Source: Gemmatimonadota bacterium
Lineage (GTDB): Bacteria > Gemmatimonadota > Gemmatimonadetes > Palauibacterales > KS3-K002
Direction: 5' to 3'
Length of the DNA: 64,000 bases
Assembly: GCA_039586755.1 (NCBI GenBank)
Contig: JBDHJU010000040.1
Location: forward strand, 1,885 to 65,884
Shown: in pieces, positions 25,864 to 36,296 of the stretch
Position numbering within the stretch: the stretch's first letter is position 1
Layout: every line of letters begins with the position of its first letter
Program-made: the position numbers and the translations under genes
The notes under the pieces: model-generated
Database searches by the model: none
What the model saw: the letters and a program-made list of their open reading frames with translations, nothing else
What the model was told of the DNA's origin: nothing

Positions 25864-26295
25864 TTGACCGGCTTCTTGGGGAGCTACCTCCATCAGCTGG
25901 ACGAGAAGGGCCGCCTGGCGCTGCCGGCGTCGTTTCGCCGCGCTGCCGGGGACGGTGGCTTCGTCCTGATCCACGCCCTGGAACCGGCGCTGTTTCTGTA
26001 TCCGGCGCGGGCCTGGGCGGTGGTGGAGGAGCGTCTCGGGGAGCTTCTGCGGCGGCAGCCCGACGCGCGGGGCAGGGTGTTGGGGCTGACGGCAAACGCG
26101 GTGGAGGTGATCCCCGACAAGCAGGGCCGGATCCTGGTACCGGAGCGTCTGCAACGGGCGGCGCAACTGGACAGTGAGGCTCTGGTCGTGGGGGTGCTGG
26201 AGAAGATCGAGATCTGGAATCCTGAGCTGTTTGAAAACACGACGAGGGAGGCCGAGGAGGGCTTTGAGGAGTTCGTTCGGCAGATCCTCGTGTGA
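25864..26295 (+). CDS. mraZ: Transcriptional regulator MraZ
   Basis: Two DxxxR-type repeats (LDEKGRLALP and PDKQGRILVP). The 143-aa length fits MraZ if the TTG at 25864 is the start. The ORF-track N-terminal extension looks non-coding. Confidence 0.88.
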   Translation: MTGFLGSYLHQLDEKGRLALPASFRRAAGDGGFVLIHALEPALFLYPARAWAVVEERLGELLRRQPDARGRVLGLTANAVEVIPDKQGRILVPERLQRAAQLDSEALVVGVLEKIEIWNPELFENTTREAEEGFEEFVRQILV

Positions 26296-26545
26296 GGTGG
26301 CAGGGCCCGGCGCTGACGGTCGAGTTGGGTTGATGGGCGGATCGTGGGGGAATCGCTCGTCTGTGATGAGAGGTGCGATGGCCGTCAGCTGCTGGACCCG
26401 GAGGATTCGGACGGTGGGCAGGTGGCAGGGGGAGGGCTGTGTGGACCTAGGGGTAGGGCAACGCCGTCTGTCCACTGTCCTGTATGTAGGTGATGGGAAG
26501 TCGTCCGGGCCCCCCGGGTGATGACCCGCTAACCCGGCAGGGGCC

Positions 26546-27478
26546 TTGAGCGCCAGCACGTTCCATACGCCGGTGATGACGGAAGCGGTGTTGCGGTACT
26601 TGGCGCCCGAGCGGGGTGGCACCTTCCTGGACGGGACTGTGGGAGGTGGAGGTCACGCGGAGGCGATCCTGCGAGCGGGAGAGGAGGCCGACCTGTTGGC
26701 CGTGGATCGGGACCCTGAGGCGCAGGATGAAGCCGGCAAGCGGTTGGTGAGTTTCGGGAAGCGGGTGCGGTTTGCGAGGGGCGACTACGCGGATGTGAGT
26801 GAAATGTTCGATCTGGGGGAGGGCGCATTGGCTGGAGTTTTGTTGGACCTGGGGGTGTCCTCCCACCAGATCGATAATCTGGAGCGCGGGTTTTCGTTTC
26901 GCCAAGGTGCTCCACTCGATATGCGGATGTTCGGCGAGGGACCGGAACCGACTGCTGCGCAGTTGTTGTCGGGTCTCTCGGCGGATGAACTGGCCGAGAT
27001 TTTTCGCAACTTCGGAGAGGAGCGACGCGCCAGGCGGCTCGCGACGGCGATCGTCGAGAGCCGGGAGGACGAGTCGCTGGAGACGAGCGACGATCTGATG
27101 AAGGTCATGGAAAGGGTTTGGGGCAGGGCGGTCGCCGCGTCCGATGCCGCTCGGATCTTTCAGGCGCTCAGAATAGCGGTGAATCGAGAGCTCGATTCGT
27201 TGCAGCGTGCGCTCCCGTCCCTCCGAGATCTGCTCGCTCCCACCGGCCGGATGGTGGTTATCGCGTATCACTCGCTCGAGGACAGGCTGGTGAAGCGCTC
27301 TTTCCGCGATTGGAGCCGCGAATGTGTCTGTCCGCCGGGCATCCCGGTTTGCCGCTGTCGCGGTCGGGCGCTCGGTCGCGAGCTCACGCGCTCGCCGCTG
27401 CGGCCTTCAACGGTCGAGGTGGAGGCTAATCCACGGGCGCGGAGTGCGCGTCTGCGTGCCTGGGAGCGAGGCGAATGA
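26546..27478 (+). CDS. rsmH: 16S rRNA (cytosine1402-N4)-methyltransferase RsmH
   Basis: FHTPVM, DGTVGGGGHAEAIL, LLDLGVSSHQID, AYHSLEDRLVK. Confidence 0.93.
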   Translation: MSASTFHTPVMTEAVLRYLAPERGGTFLDGTVGGGGHAEAILRAGEEADLLAVDRDPEAQDEAGKRLVSFGKRVRFARGDYADVSEMFDLGEGALAGVLLDLGVSSHQIDNLERGFSFRQGAPLDMRMFGEGPEPTAAQLLSGLSADELAEIFRNFGEERRARRLATAIVESREDESLETSDDLMKVMERVWGRAVAASDAARIFQALRIAVNRELDSLQRALPSLRDLLAPTGRMVVIAYHSLEDRLVKRSFRDWSRECVCPPGIPVCRCRGRALGRELTRSPLRPSTVEVEANPRARSARLRAWERGE

Positions 27479-27777
27479 GGCTCCGCGGCATACTCACCGC
27501 CGTTTCGGCGATGCTGCTTTTGGCGGGGATGTTCATCGCGGTTCATCGCGGTGCTCGCGGTCGCGTCATCGCAGAGCGCGTCAGTGCGATCGACAATCAG
27601 CGGGAAACCGCGGTGGTGCGGAAGAACGAGTTGCGACAGAGGGTCGAGTACCTGCATAGTCGGTCGCGAATCGTGCACGCCGCGCAGTCGTTGGGACTCC
27701 ATCAGCCGAGCGAGGATGAGCTGGTGTACCTCGATCTGAGCGGTCTGCCATCGACAGTGTCGGGAGGCTCATTGTGA
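27475..27777 (+). CDS. ftsL: Cell division protein FtsL
   Basis: 100 aa, one N-terminal TM helix then a coiled-coil. Sits between rsmH and ftsI. ATGA overlap. Confidence 0.75.
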   Translation: MRLRGILTAVSAMLLLAGMFIAVHRGARGRVIAERVSAIDNQRETAVVRKNELRQRVEYLHSRSRIVHAAQSLGLHQPSEDELVYLDLSGLPSTVSGGSL

Positions 27778-29804
27778 GGTCGGAAGCGCGACAGGCTCGC
27801 CGCCGGCATTTGAGACACGGTATGCTGCAGCTGTCATTGCTGTTGGCGTGCGGCGTGGTAATGGCTCGCGCGTTCCAGTTGCAGGTGTTGCAGGGCGAGC
27901 ATTGGCAGGCGCGCTCGATCAACCAACATGAGTATCGGGATCCGCTTCCGGCGCCGCGAGGAACGATCTACGATCGTGAAGGTCGCGAGCTAGCGGTTAG
28001 CCGCACGGACTACGAGCTCTACGTGGCGCCGAAGGAGCTGCGTGATCCTCAGGCCGCCGCGGTGGCATTGCGGAGCGCGGTCGATCTCGAACCAGAGAAA
28101 GCGCGGCTGGTCGCCGAAGGTAAGGAGGGCTGGTTCCGGCTGCCGGGCGTCTATTCGGCGCTCGAGCTGGATGAGCTGGAGGATCGTTTCCCGCGGGGGC
28201 TTCACGCCGAGGCACGCGTCAGTCGCTCGTACCCGCGCGGTGACCTGGGGGCAGAGATCATCGGTCGCGTGAACGAGGCGGGTCATGGACTGAGCGGTCT
28301 GGAGCTCAGCTTCGACTCGGTACTTGCCGGCCAACCCGGATTGGGCCTTTCGCGGAAAGATGCGACCGGCGCCTCGTCCGCCTGGCTCACGGTGGAGATC
28401 GCTCCGCCGAGCCCCGGCCACGACATCTATCTAACGATCGACGCCGAGATGCAGGCGCTCGCCGAGTCGGTGCTGGAAGAGGCGGTCGCCGAGTCCAACG
28501 CCAGCGGCGGCGATCTGTTGATCCTCGATCCCAAGACCGGCGAACTACTGGCCGCGGCCAGCCGGCGCGAGCGGCTGCGCGGGCGCGAGCCGCATTTGAC
28601 TGCGGCGACGGAACCCTACGAGGCCGGCTCGACCCTAAAGCCATTCACGGTGGCTGCGCTGCTGACGGAGGGCTTGGCCGAATTTTCCGATAGCGTCGAT
28701 ACGGGAGTAGGGCTGTATCGAGCGGCCGGTCGAACGATCCGAGACGAAACACCCCACGGTTGGCTGAGTTTGGCACAGACGCTAACGGTCTCCAGCAACG
28801 TGGGGATGGCGATATTTGCCGAGCGCATTCCGAAGGGCGTCCAGTTCAGCATCCTGCGCAATTTCGGCTTTGGGACACCCACCGGTCTAACTTACCCCTC
28901 CGAGTCCCCCGGTTTTCTACGGCGCCCTTCGGAATGGTCGGCACAGAGCCGCGCCTCACTGGCCATCGGTTACGAGGTAGCGGTTACACCTTTGCAGCTC
29001 GTCATGGCATACGGTGCGATCGCCAACGGCGGGATCCTCTTGCGGCCGCGGCTCGTGCGCGAGGCACGGTCTGCCGACGGGACGATGCGCTGGCAAGAAG
29101 GTTCGGAAGTCATCCGCCGGGTCGTGTCGGAGGAGATCGCCTCCGCGATTCGGCGGGTGCTGGCGCATGCGGTGGCTGAAGGCACGGGCCGGAGCGCCGG
29201 TGTGCATGGCCTGAGTATCGCCGGCAAGACCGGCACGGCCTGGCGCTTCGATGAGGAGTTGGGGTACGACGGGCACTCATACACTTCGTCGTTCGTCGGC
29301 CTCATACCGTCGGACGATCCGCAACTGGTGATCTTAGTGAAACTGGACGAGCCGAGCGGCACGTACTATGGAGGCGCGACCGCAGCCCCGGTCATGCGCA
29401 CCGCGGTACGTGCCGCTCTTGCGGGAAGCTACTGGTCGGCGCCGCCGCTAATGGGGGAGCCGGAAATTCCGGACGAACAGGCGGGAGTATCAGCGGGTCT
29501 GGTGCCGACCGGTGGCCCTTATGTTTTCGCGCTCGACACGCCGCTGCTCAGGACCCGCGATGATGACGCGAGCAGTGCATTTCGGGTCGCGGAGGTGCTG
29601 CCCGACCTCAAAGGCCTGTCGCTACGTGCCGCCGCACACCGGCTGCACCGGGCAGGTTGGCGGGTGGCCGTGCGTGGAGGTGGACGTGTTGAGTCGATGG
29701 AGCCAGCGGTCGGAACGATGTTGCGCTTGGGCGAGCGGGTGCTTCTCTCGGGCAGCGAGCGCAGCCCACCGGTTCGACCGAGTAACCCATCAGGAGCGGG
29801 GTGA
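27774..29804 (+). CDS. ftsI: Penicillin-binding protein FtsI (class B PBP) with a C-terminal PASTA-like domain
   Basis: SxxK (AGSTLKPF), SxN (VSSNVG) and KTG (AGKTGTA). C-terminal LPDLKGLSLRAAAHRLHRAGWRV resembles PASTA. Confidence 0.92.
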   Translation: MRSEARQARRRHLRHGMLQLSLLLACGVVMARAFQLQVLQGEHWQARSINQHEYRDPLPAPRGTIYDREGRELAVSRTDYELYVAPKELRDPQAAAVALRSAVDLEPEKARLVAEGKEGWFRLPGVYSALELDELEDRFPRGLHAEARVSRSYPRGDLGAEIIGRVNEAGHGLSGLELSFDSVLAGQPGLGLSRKDATGASSAWLTVEIAPPSPGHDIYLTIDAEMQALAESVLEEAVAESNASGGDLLILDPKTGELLAAASRRERLRGREPHLTAATEPYEAGSTLKPFTVAALLTEGLAEFSDSVDTGVGLYRAAGRTIRDETPHGWLSLAQTLTVSSNVGMAIFAERIPKGVQFSILRNFGFGTPTGLTYPSESPGFLRRPSEWSAQSRASLAIGYEVAVTPLQLVMAYGAIANGGILLRPRLVREARSADGTMRWQEGSEVIRRVVSEEIASAIRRVLAHAVAEGTGRSAGVHGLSIAGKTGTAWRFDEELGYDGHSYTSSFVGLIPSDDPQLVILVKLDEPSGTYYGGATAAPVMRTAVRAALAGSYWSAPPLMGEPEIPDEQAGVSAGLVPTGGPYVFALDTPLLRTRDDDASSAFRVAEVLPDLKGLSLRAAAHRLHRAGWRVAVRGGGRVESMEPAVGTMLRLGERVLLSGSERSPPVRPSNPSGAG

Positions 29805-31258
29805 TACCGATCGCCGATGTCCTCGCGCGTCTCGACTCGGCCGGGCTCCTGCGGGGGCCCGGCCCTACGGTTGATCTCGCCGTCACGGGGATTAGCGCCG
29901 ACTCCCGCCAGGTCGGCGCCGGCGATCTTTACTGCGCGATTCGAGGCTACGTACACGACGGACACGACTTCCTGAACGAGGCGAAGGCGGCCGGGGCGGT
30001 GGCGGCTCTCGTCGAGAACCCACGCGCCGAGCTCGACCTGCTGCAGATACACGTCAGCGATGGCCGGCGCGCCGCGGCCCTCGCGGCGCAAGTCGTTTAT
30101 GGGGAGCCTGCAGTCGGCCTGAGGCTCGTCGGCGTGACCGGCACCAACGGCAAGACGACCACGGTTCACCTGGCACGCCACATCCTGGCGCGGCGCTTCG
30201 CCAGCGGCTCGATCGGCACCCTGGGTGTCGTTGCCGCTTCGGGCGCGCGCGAAGAGTCGGCGTTGACGACGCCGGGACCCGTGGAGTTCGCGGGCCGCTT
30301 GGCCGCCCTCAAGCGGGATGAAGTCGAGTGCGTAGTCGCCGAGGTATCATCGCACGCTCTGTCGCAAGGCCGAGTGGATGGAGTGGCCTTCGAGGTCGCA
30401 GCATTCACTAACCTGTCTCGCGACCATCTCGACTATCACTCCGACTTCGACCAGTACAGGGCAACGAAAGCGCGGCTGGCCGATCTCGTCTCCCCGGACG
30501 GGACGTTGGTCGTCAACGCCGACGAACCGGCGTGGTCGGATCTACCGCGACGTCGAACGGTGCGCTTCGGGCTGGCGGGCGACGTGGAATACACGGCCCG
30601 CGACATCCAGCAGGGGCGCGGCGGCTCTCGCTGGAGGTTGGTGGCGCCAGAGGCTGAGGTAGCTGTCGAACTTCCGTTGCTGGGGGAATTCAACGTCTCG
30701 AACGCGCTGGCTGCCGCGGCCGTGGCTGGTGTCTTCGGCATCGAGGCGGAAGTGATCGGAGAGGCGCTATCCCACGTGCCGCCGGTGTTGGGTCGGCTCG
30801 AGGTATTGGGGGAGCGGCCGCTGGTGCTGCGGGATTATGCGCACACACCTGACGCGCTGAGCCGCGCCCTGGCGGCCCTGCGCCCGCTGACGAAGACGCG
30901 ATTGATCGTCGTGTTCGGATGTGGAGGCGATCGCGATGCCGGCAAACGGCCGCTGATGGGGCGGGCGGCAGCGGCAGGCGCGGACCACAGCATAGTCACC
31001 TCGGACAACCCGAGGAGCGAGGAGCCCGAGGCGATCATCGCGGACATCTTGCCGGGGATTGGTGCAGCTAACCACGAAGTGGTCGTTGATCGCCGCGCCG
31101 CTATCGCCCGGGCACTGGAGATCGCCGGCCCTGAGGACACGATCCTTCTGGCCGGCAAAGGACACGAGGACTACCAAATCGTCGGCGATGAGGTCAGGTC
31201 GCTGGACGAGGCGGTGATCGTGGCGGAGCTGCTCGCCGCCGGTGGGGAAGGCTCGTGA
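29801..31258 (+). CDS. murE: UDP-MurNAc-tripeptide synthetase MurE
   Basis: GVTGTNGKTTT P-loop, DNPRSE motif, and position in the dcw order. Confidence 0.93.
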   Translation: MIPIADVLARLDSAGLLRGPGPTVDLAVTGISADSRQVGAGDLYCAIRGYVHDGHDFLNEAKAAGAVAALVENPRAELDLLQIHVSDGRRAAALAAQVVYGEPAVGLRLVGVTGTNGKTTTVHLARHILARRFASGSIGTLGVVAASGAREESALTTPGPVEFAGRLAALKRDEVECVVAEVSSHALSQGRVDGVAFEVAAFTNLSRDHLDYHSDFDQYRATKARLADLVSPDGTLVVNADEPAWSDLPRRRTVRFGLAGDVEYTARDIQQGRGGSRWRLVAPEAEVAVELPLLGEFNVSNALAAAAVAGVFGIEAEVIGEALSHVPPVLGRLEVLGERPLVLRDYAHTPDALSRALAALRPLTKTRLIVVFGCGGDRDAGKRPLMGRAAAAGADHSIVTSDNPRSEEPEAIIADILPGIGAANHEVVVDRRAAIARALEIAGPEDTILLAGKGHEDYQIVGDEVRSLDEAVIVAELLAAGGEGS

Positions 31259-32649
31259 TGGCGCGATTCTCCTGGACGAGCCAGCGCGTGCGCGATACTC
31301 TCGGCCTTCCGGCAACGGACGAGCCGGGACGCACGTACTCGGGTGTCTCCACCGACACGCGCAGCATCCGTTCGGGAGAGCTGTATGTCGCTCTCCGCGG
31401 CGAGCGGTTCGACGGGGCCGACTTCGTCGGCGCTGCGGTAGAGGCCGGAGCCGCCGGCGCGGTGGTCGAGCGTCGCCCCGACGGCCTGCCGGCCGACTTC
31501 GAGACCTTCGTGGTCGACGATTCCCTGGCGGCGCTGGGCCAATTGGCTGCAGCGAGGCGATCGGCCCTGGATCCCACCGTGGTGGCGATAACGGGGACGA
31601 GCGGCAAGACGACGACGCGCGAGCTTACCATGGCCGCCCTGGGGAGCGAGGCCTACGGCAGTCCGGGCAACTTCAACAACCTGGTGGGCCTTCCGCTTTC
31701 GATCTTGGCGGCGCCCGAGGGGGCGAGAATCTGGGTGCTCGAGCTCGCCTCGAATCAGCGCGGTGAGATCGAGCGTTTGGGTCGCATCGCGGAGCCGGAC
31801 TACGCGATCGTCACAACGGTGAGCGAAGGCCACCTTGAGGGGCTCGGTGATTTGGGTGGGGTCCTCGACGAAAAGCTCTCGCTCCTCCCAACCCTGCGGG
31901 CCGGGGGCGTCGCCCTGGTCGGCGATGAGCCGCCCGAGCTCGTGGAGGGGGCGCGCGCCCGATATCCGCAGGTGCGGAGCGTCGGGCTGGATGCGGCGGC
32001 CGACGAACGACCGGAGAGTTGGGCGGTCACCGACGACGGTGTGGTCTGGAGATGGGGCGGCACGGGCTACGGCCTCCGGGGCTTCGGCACGCACCTCATA
32101 CGCGATGGGCTATTCGCTGCCGTCGTGGCGTCGCTACTGGGGATCGACCCACAGCGGGCGGCCGAGCGGTTGGCTAGCGCCGAGTTGCCGCCCATGCGTG
32201 GTGAGGTGCGACGGCTTCGCGATCTCACGCTGCTCGTCGATTGCTACAACGCGAATCCGGCGTCGTTTCTGGCTGCGATCGATGCGCTCGGCGCCCTCGC
32301 GGCGGGTGGCCGCCGCGCGGTCCTCGCCGGGACGATGCTGGAACTGGGTGCCCGCTCGGATGTGCTGCACGAGCAAGTGGCGGGCCTCATGGTCGACGCG
32401 GGCGTCGAGTTGATCGCCGCGACCGGCGCGTTCGTGGAGGCGTTCGCTCGTGCCGGAAGCCGGGCGCACGAGGCACTGATCCTCGAGCCGGAGCTGGAGG
32501 ACGCCTACCGGCAGCTGGCTGCGCGCCTCGCGGGCGGTGAGTTCGTTCTGCTCAAGGCGTCGCGGGGAATGAAGTTCGAGCGGGCCATCCCCTGGTTCGA
32601 GCGCGATTTCGGGGCTGGGGGAGAGTTGGGTTCAGGTACGGCAGGTTAG
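31255..32649 (+). CDS. murF: UDP-MurNAc-pentapeptide synthetase MurF
   Basis: AITGTSGKTTT, Mur ligase middle and C-terminal domains, dcw position. Confidence 0.92.
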   Translation: MMARFSWTSQRVRDTLGLPATDEPGRTYSGVSTDTRSIRSGELYVALRGERFDGADFVGAAVEAGAAGAVVERRPDGLPADFETFVVDDSLAALGQLAAARRSALDPTVVAITGTSGKTTTRELTMAALGSEAYGSPGNFNNLVGLPLSILAAPEGARIWVLELASNQRGEIERLGRIAEPDYAIVTTVSEGHLEGLGDLGGVLDEKLSLLPTLRAGGVALVGDEPPELVEGARARYPQVRSVGLDAAADERPESWAVTDDGVVWRWGGTGYGLRGFGTHLIRDGLFAAVVASLLGIDPQRAAERLASAELPPMRGEVRRLRDLTLLVDCYNANPASFLAAIDALGALAAGGRRAVLAGTMLELGARSDVLHEQVAGLMVDAGVELIAATGAFVEAFARAGSRAHEALILEPELEDAYRQLAARLAGGEFVLLKASRGMKFERAIPWFERDFGAGGELGSGTAG

Positions 32650-32661
32650 CGAGGGACGATC

Positions 32662-33768
32662 GTGCTCTACGAATTCCTGTTTCCGCTGGCCGACAAGCAC
32701 ATCGTGTTCAACCTGTTCCAGTACATCACGTTCAGAGCAGGTGGGGCGACGGTCACTGCACTGCTCATCGCCTTTGTCACAGGCCCGCCGATCCTAAGCT
32801 GGTTGCGGCGGCGTGGTATCGGCCAGGTCGTGCGACTGGACGGGCCACACGCGCATCTCGACAAGGCCGGCACCCCGACGATGGGCGGCCTCATTATCCT
32901 GGCTGCTGTCGTCGTTCCAACGGTCCTCTGGGCGCGTCTCGACAACTCGTACGTGCTCATCGCGCTCGGGCTGACGGCGGCGATGGGTCTGCTCGGTTTT
33001 GTCGATGACTACATGAAGGTTGTCCAGCGCGAGTCGCGTGGCCTGGTGGCGCGCTACAAGTTCGTCGGCCAGTTCGCTCTCGGCCTGCTGTTGGGCTACC
33101 TGCTCTGGCAGTATCCGCTCAGCGACTATCCAGTGAACCACACAACGCTGCCCTTCTTCAAGGAGTGGCGGCTGGTGATCTGGGCGCCGTTCTTCATCCC
33201 GTTCGTTGCTCTCGTGGTAAGTGGCAGCGCGAACTCGGTGAACCTCACGGATGGGCTCGACGGTCTCGCGTCCGGACTCGCGGCAATCGCCGGCGGCACG
33301 TTCGGCGTCTTCGCCTATCTGATCGGACGTGTCGACGCCTCCGACTACCTGGGGCTCTTCTATCTCCCGGGCGTCGGTGAGCTGTCGGTATTCTGCGCCG
33401 CGCTCGCCGGTGCTGCACTGGGCTTCCTCTGGTTCAACAGCCACCCCGCGGATGTGTTCATGGGTGACACCGGTTCGCTAGCGCTCGGCGGTGCATTGGG
33501 CGCCGTAGCCGTCTTGATCAAAGGTGAGTTCTTGCTGCTGATCGTCGGTGCGGTGTTCGTGGCCGAGGCGCTGTCGGTCATCCTGCAGACGAGCTGGTTC
33601 AAGTACACGCGGAAACGTTTTGGGCAAGGCCGGCGCATTTTCCGTATGGCGCCGTTACACCATCACTTCGAGCAACTCGGCTGGTCGGAATCGAAAGTCG
33701 TCGTTCGCTTCTGGATCGCCGGGGTGCTCGCTGCGCTGATCGCGCTGAGCACGTTGAAGATACGGTGA
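32662..33768 (+). CDS. mraY: Phospho-MurNAc-pentapeptide translocase MraY
   Basis: Polytopic membrane protein with GTPTMGG, NLTDGLDGLA, HHHFE. Confidence 0.95.
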   Translation: MLYEFLFPLADKHIVFNLFQYITFRAGGATVTALLIAFVTGPPILSWLRRRGIGQVVRLDGPHAHLDKAGTPTMGGLIILAAVVVPTVLWARLDNSYVLIALGLTAAMGLLGFVDDYMKVVQRESRGLVARYKFVGQFALGLLLGYLLWQYPLSDYPVNHTTLPFFKEWRLVIWAPFFIPFVALVVSGSANSVNLTDGLDGLASGLAAIAGGTFGVFAYLIGRVDASDYLGLFYLPGVGELSVFCAALAGAALGFLWFNSHPADVFMGDTGSLALGGALGAVAVLIKGEFLLLIVGAVFVAEALSVILQTSWFKYTRKRFGQGRRIFRMAPLHHHFEQLGWSESKVVVRFWIAGVLAALIALSTLKIR

Positions 33769-35147
33769 AGACTCCCGATTCGTGGTCGGAGCTCCGGGTG
33801 GGCGTACTGGGATTGGGTCGCAGTGGACGCGCGGCGACGCGGCTGCTGGCCCGGGCCGGTGCCTCGGTCTACGCCAGCGACGCGGCGGATACACCGGAGC
33901 TGCGGGCGGAGGTAGAGGACCTCCGCAGTCCGCGAGTTGAGGTCGAGCTGGGCCGGCACGACGTGGAGAGGCTGGAAGGGTGCGATGTGTTGGTGACCAG
34001 TCCGGGGATTCCGCCCGGCGCAGAAGTCTTCCAAAGTGCGGGTGTTCGGTCGCGGCCGCTGATCTCCGAGCTCGAGCTGGCGTTCGGCTTTCTCGAGGCC
34101 CCGATCATCGCCGTAACCGGGACGAACGGTAAGACGACGACGAGCGCCTGGATCGGTTCGATGCTCGAGCGCGCCGGCCTGCGCGTTGGCGTGGGCGGCA
34201 ACATAGGTCGAGCGCTTTCCGAGCTGGCAGTTGAGAGCGACCGCGGATACGAGTGGGTCGTCGCTGAGGTGAGCTCGTTCCAGCTGGCTCAGATAGACCG
34301 CTTCACTCCGGCGATCGGCGTGTTTCTCAACCTATGCCCGGACCACCTCGATTGGCATGTCGATGTCGAGGACTACTACGCCGCCAAGGCCCGCTTGTTC
34401 GACAACGCCGGCCCCGACAGCCGCTGGGTGCTGAACGGAGAAGATAGAGGTGTTTTGGATCTGGCCGCGGCAAAACCCGGGATCCCCCGCTATTTCCGCG
34501 TCGCATCGCGGCCGCCGGCCGGCGAGCAGGGCGCCTTTCTCGACGCCGATGACGTGTTGGCCGCCCACTACGACGGTGAGCAGGTCAGGCTCGTGGCGCG
34601 AAGCGAGCTCAAGCTGCTGGGCGCCCATAACGTCGCCAACGCGCTGGCCTCCGCCATCGCAGCCGCGTTCGCGGACGTTCCCGTCCCTGCTGTGCGCGAG
34701 GGGCTCCGTGACTTCGAGCCGCTTCCTCACCGCCTGCAGCCTGTGGCGGAAAAGGACGGTGTGCTCTGGGTGAACGATTCGAAGGCGACGAACGTGGCGT
34801 CGACCCGTGTGGCGTTACAGGCGATGGATCGCCCAGTGGTCCTGCTGCTAGGCGGACGACCGAAAGGGGAATCGTTTGCGGCCCTGGCGCCGGACCTGAA
34901 GGGTCGGGTTCGCGCAGTCGTCGCCTACGGCGAAGCGGCGGCACAGATCGAGTCTGAGCTCGGAGACGAAGTGGATCTCGTGCGTGAGGATGGACCTTTT
35001 GAAGATGTGGTGCGGCGGGCGCGTGCCCTGACACATCCGGGCGACTCTGCTCTTCTCGCGCCCGCCTGCGCCAGCTTCGACATGTTTCGCAACTACGAGG
35101 AGCGGGGCGAACGCTTCATAACGCTGGTGGATCAGGAGATATCGTGA
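33765..35147 (+). CDS. murD: UDP-MurNAc-L-Ala:D-Glu ligase MurD
   Basis: GLGRSG Rossmann N-terminus, AVTGTNGKTTT, dcw position. Confidence 0.93.
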   Translation: MKTPDSWSELRVGVLGLGRSGRAATRLLARAGASVYASDAADTPELRAEVEDLRSPRVEVELGRHDVERLEGCDVLVTSPGIPPGAEVFQSAGVRSRPLISELELAFGFLEAPIIAVTGTNGKTTTSAWIGSMLERAGLRVGVGGNIGRALSELAVESDRGYEWVVAEVSSFQLAQIDRFTPAIGVFLNLCPDHLDWHVDVEDYYAAKARLFDNAGPDSRWVLNGEDRGVLDLAAAKPGIPRYFRVASRPPAGEQGAFLDADDVLAAHYDGEQVRLVARSELKLLGAHNVANALASAIAAAFADVPVPAVREGLRDFEPLPHRLQPVAEKDGVLWVNDSKATNVASTRVALQAMDRPVVLLLGGRPKGESFAALAPDLKGRVRAVVAYGEAAAQIESELGDEVDLVREDGPFEDVVRRARALTHPGDSALLAPACASFDMFRNYEERGERFITLVDQEIS

Positions 35148-36292
35148 GAGATCTTGCGGCATCGGTAACGGTTGACGCTTACGTGCCTGCGGCGGGCAGT
35201 GCGCGGCGCGATGCCGGTATGCTGCTCGCGGTCACGATCTTCTTGCTGCTCGCCGGCCTCATCACCGTGTACAGCGCGAGCTCGTTCCTCGCGCAGACAC
35301 AGGGACTGCCCGACCACTTCTATCTCCGCCAGCAGGCGAGCAAGGCGCTGGTCGGTCTGCTGGCGCTGTACGTGCTGGCACGGGTCGACTACCGGATCTA
35401 CCCGCAGCTGGCTTGGCCGCTGCTCGGTCTGACGCTGCTCGCGCTCCTGGTGCTCGTCATACCGGGTACCGAGGCGATCGCGCCGCCGCGCAACGGCGCG
35501 CGCCGCTGGCTCGAGTTGGGTATCCGTTTCCAGCCGTCCGAGGTCGCCAAGCTGGTGATGGTAATCTGGGCGGCATCGATAGCGGCGAAAAAGGGGGAAC
35601 GCATCCGTAGTCTGCGTTGGGGACTGGGGGCGTTCGGCGTGATTTACCTGGCCGTCGGTTATCTGATCATTTTGGAGCCCGACCTCTCGTCAGCCGTCGT
35701 AATCGGGATGCTCTGCGCGATCGTTCTGTTCGCCGCCGGTGCACGAGTTGGCCATTTCGTGCTGATCGCGCTGCTGGCGCTGCCGCTCTTCTGGGAGTGG
35801 GTCCGTTCGGCCAGTTATCGGATGGAGAGGATCGCCACGTTCTTCAGCGGTGGGACCGACCCTGCAGGCGCGGGTCACCAGTTGCACCAGTCGCTGATCG
35901 CCGTGGGCTCGGGCGGTCTCGTAGGCGTCGGTTACGGCGAGAGCACTCAGAAGTACTTCTTCCTGCCGGAACCCCACAACGACTTCGCGTTCGCGGTCAT
36001 CGCGGAGGAGTGGGGACTCGTTGGCACGGCGGCGATCGTACTGGCCATCGCGGCTGTGGGTGTCCTGGGTCTGCGGGTGGCGCGACGCGCTCCCGATGGG
36101 TTCGGCTTCTTACTGGCCGTGGGCCTGACGGCGCTGATAGTGGTCAGCGCCTTGATTCACATTTGCGTGACTTTGGGCCTGCTGCCGACAACAGGAGTGA
36201 CGCTACCGTTCATCAGCTACGGCGGCTCGAGTCTGGTCGTCTGCCTGTCGGCGGTTGGCATTCTCCTGAACATCGGCAGCTGGCGGGCGTGA
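35144..36292 (+). CDS. ftsW: SEDS-family peptidoglycan polymerase FtsW
   Basis: Ten-TM SEDS pattern, PEPHNDFAFAVIAEEWG, LPFISYGGSS. Confidence 0.92.
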   Translation: MRDLAASVTVDAYVPAAGSARRDAGMLLAVTIFLLLAGLITVYSASSFLAQTQGLPDHFYLRQQASKALVGLLALYVLARVDYRIYPQLAWPLLGLTLLALLVLVIPGTEAIAPPRNGARRWLELGIRFQPSEVAKLVMVIWAASIAAKKGERIRSLRWGLGAFGVIYLAVGYLIILEPDLSSAVVIGMLCAIVLFAAGARVGHFVLIALLALPLFWEWVRSASYRMERIATFFSGGTDPAGAGHQLHQSLIAVGSGGLVGVGYGESTQKYFFLPEPHNDFAFAVIAEEWGLVGTAAIVLAIAAVGVLGLRVARRAPDGFGFLLAVGLTALIVVSALIHICVTLGLLPTTGVTLPFISYGGSSLVVCLSAVGILLNIGSWRA

Positions 36293-36296
36293 TGAC

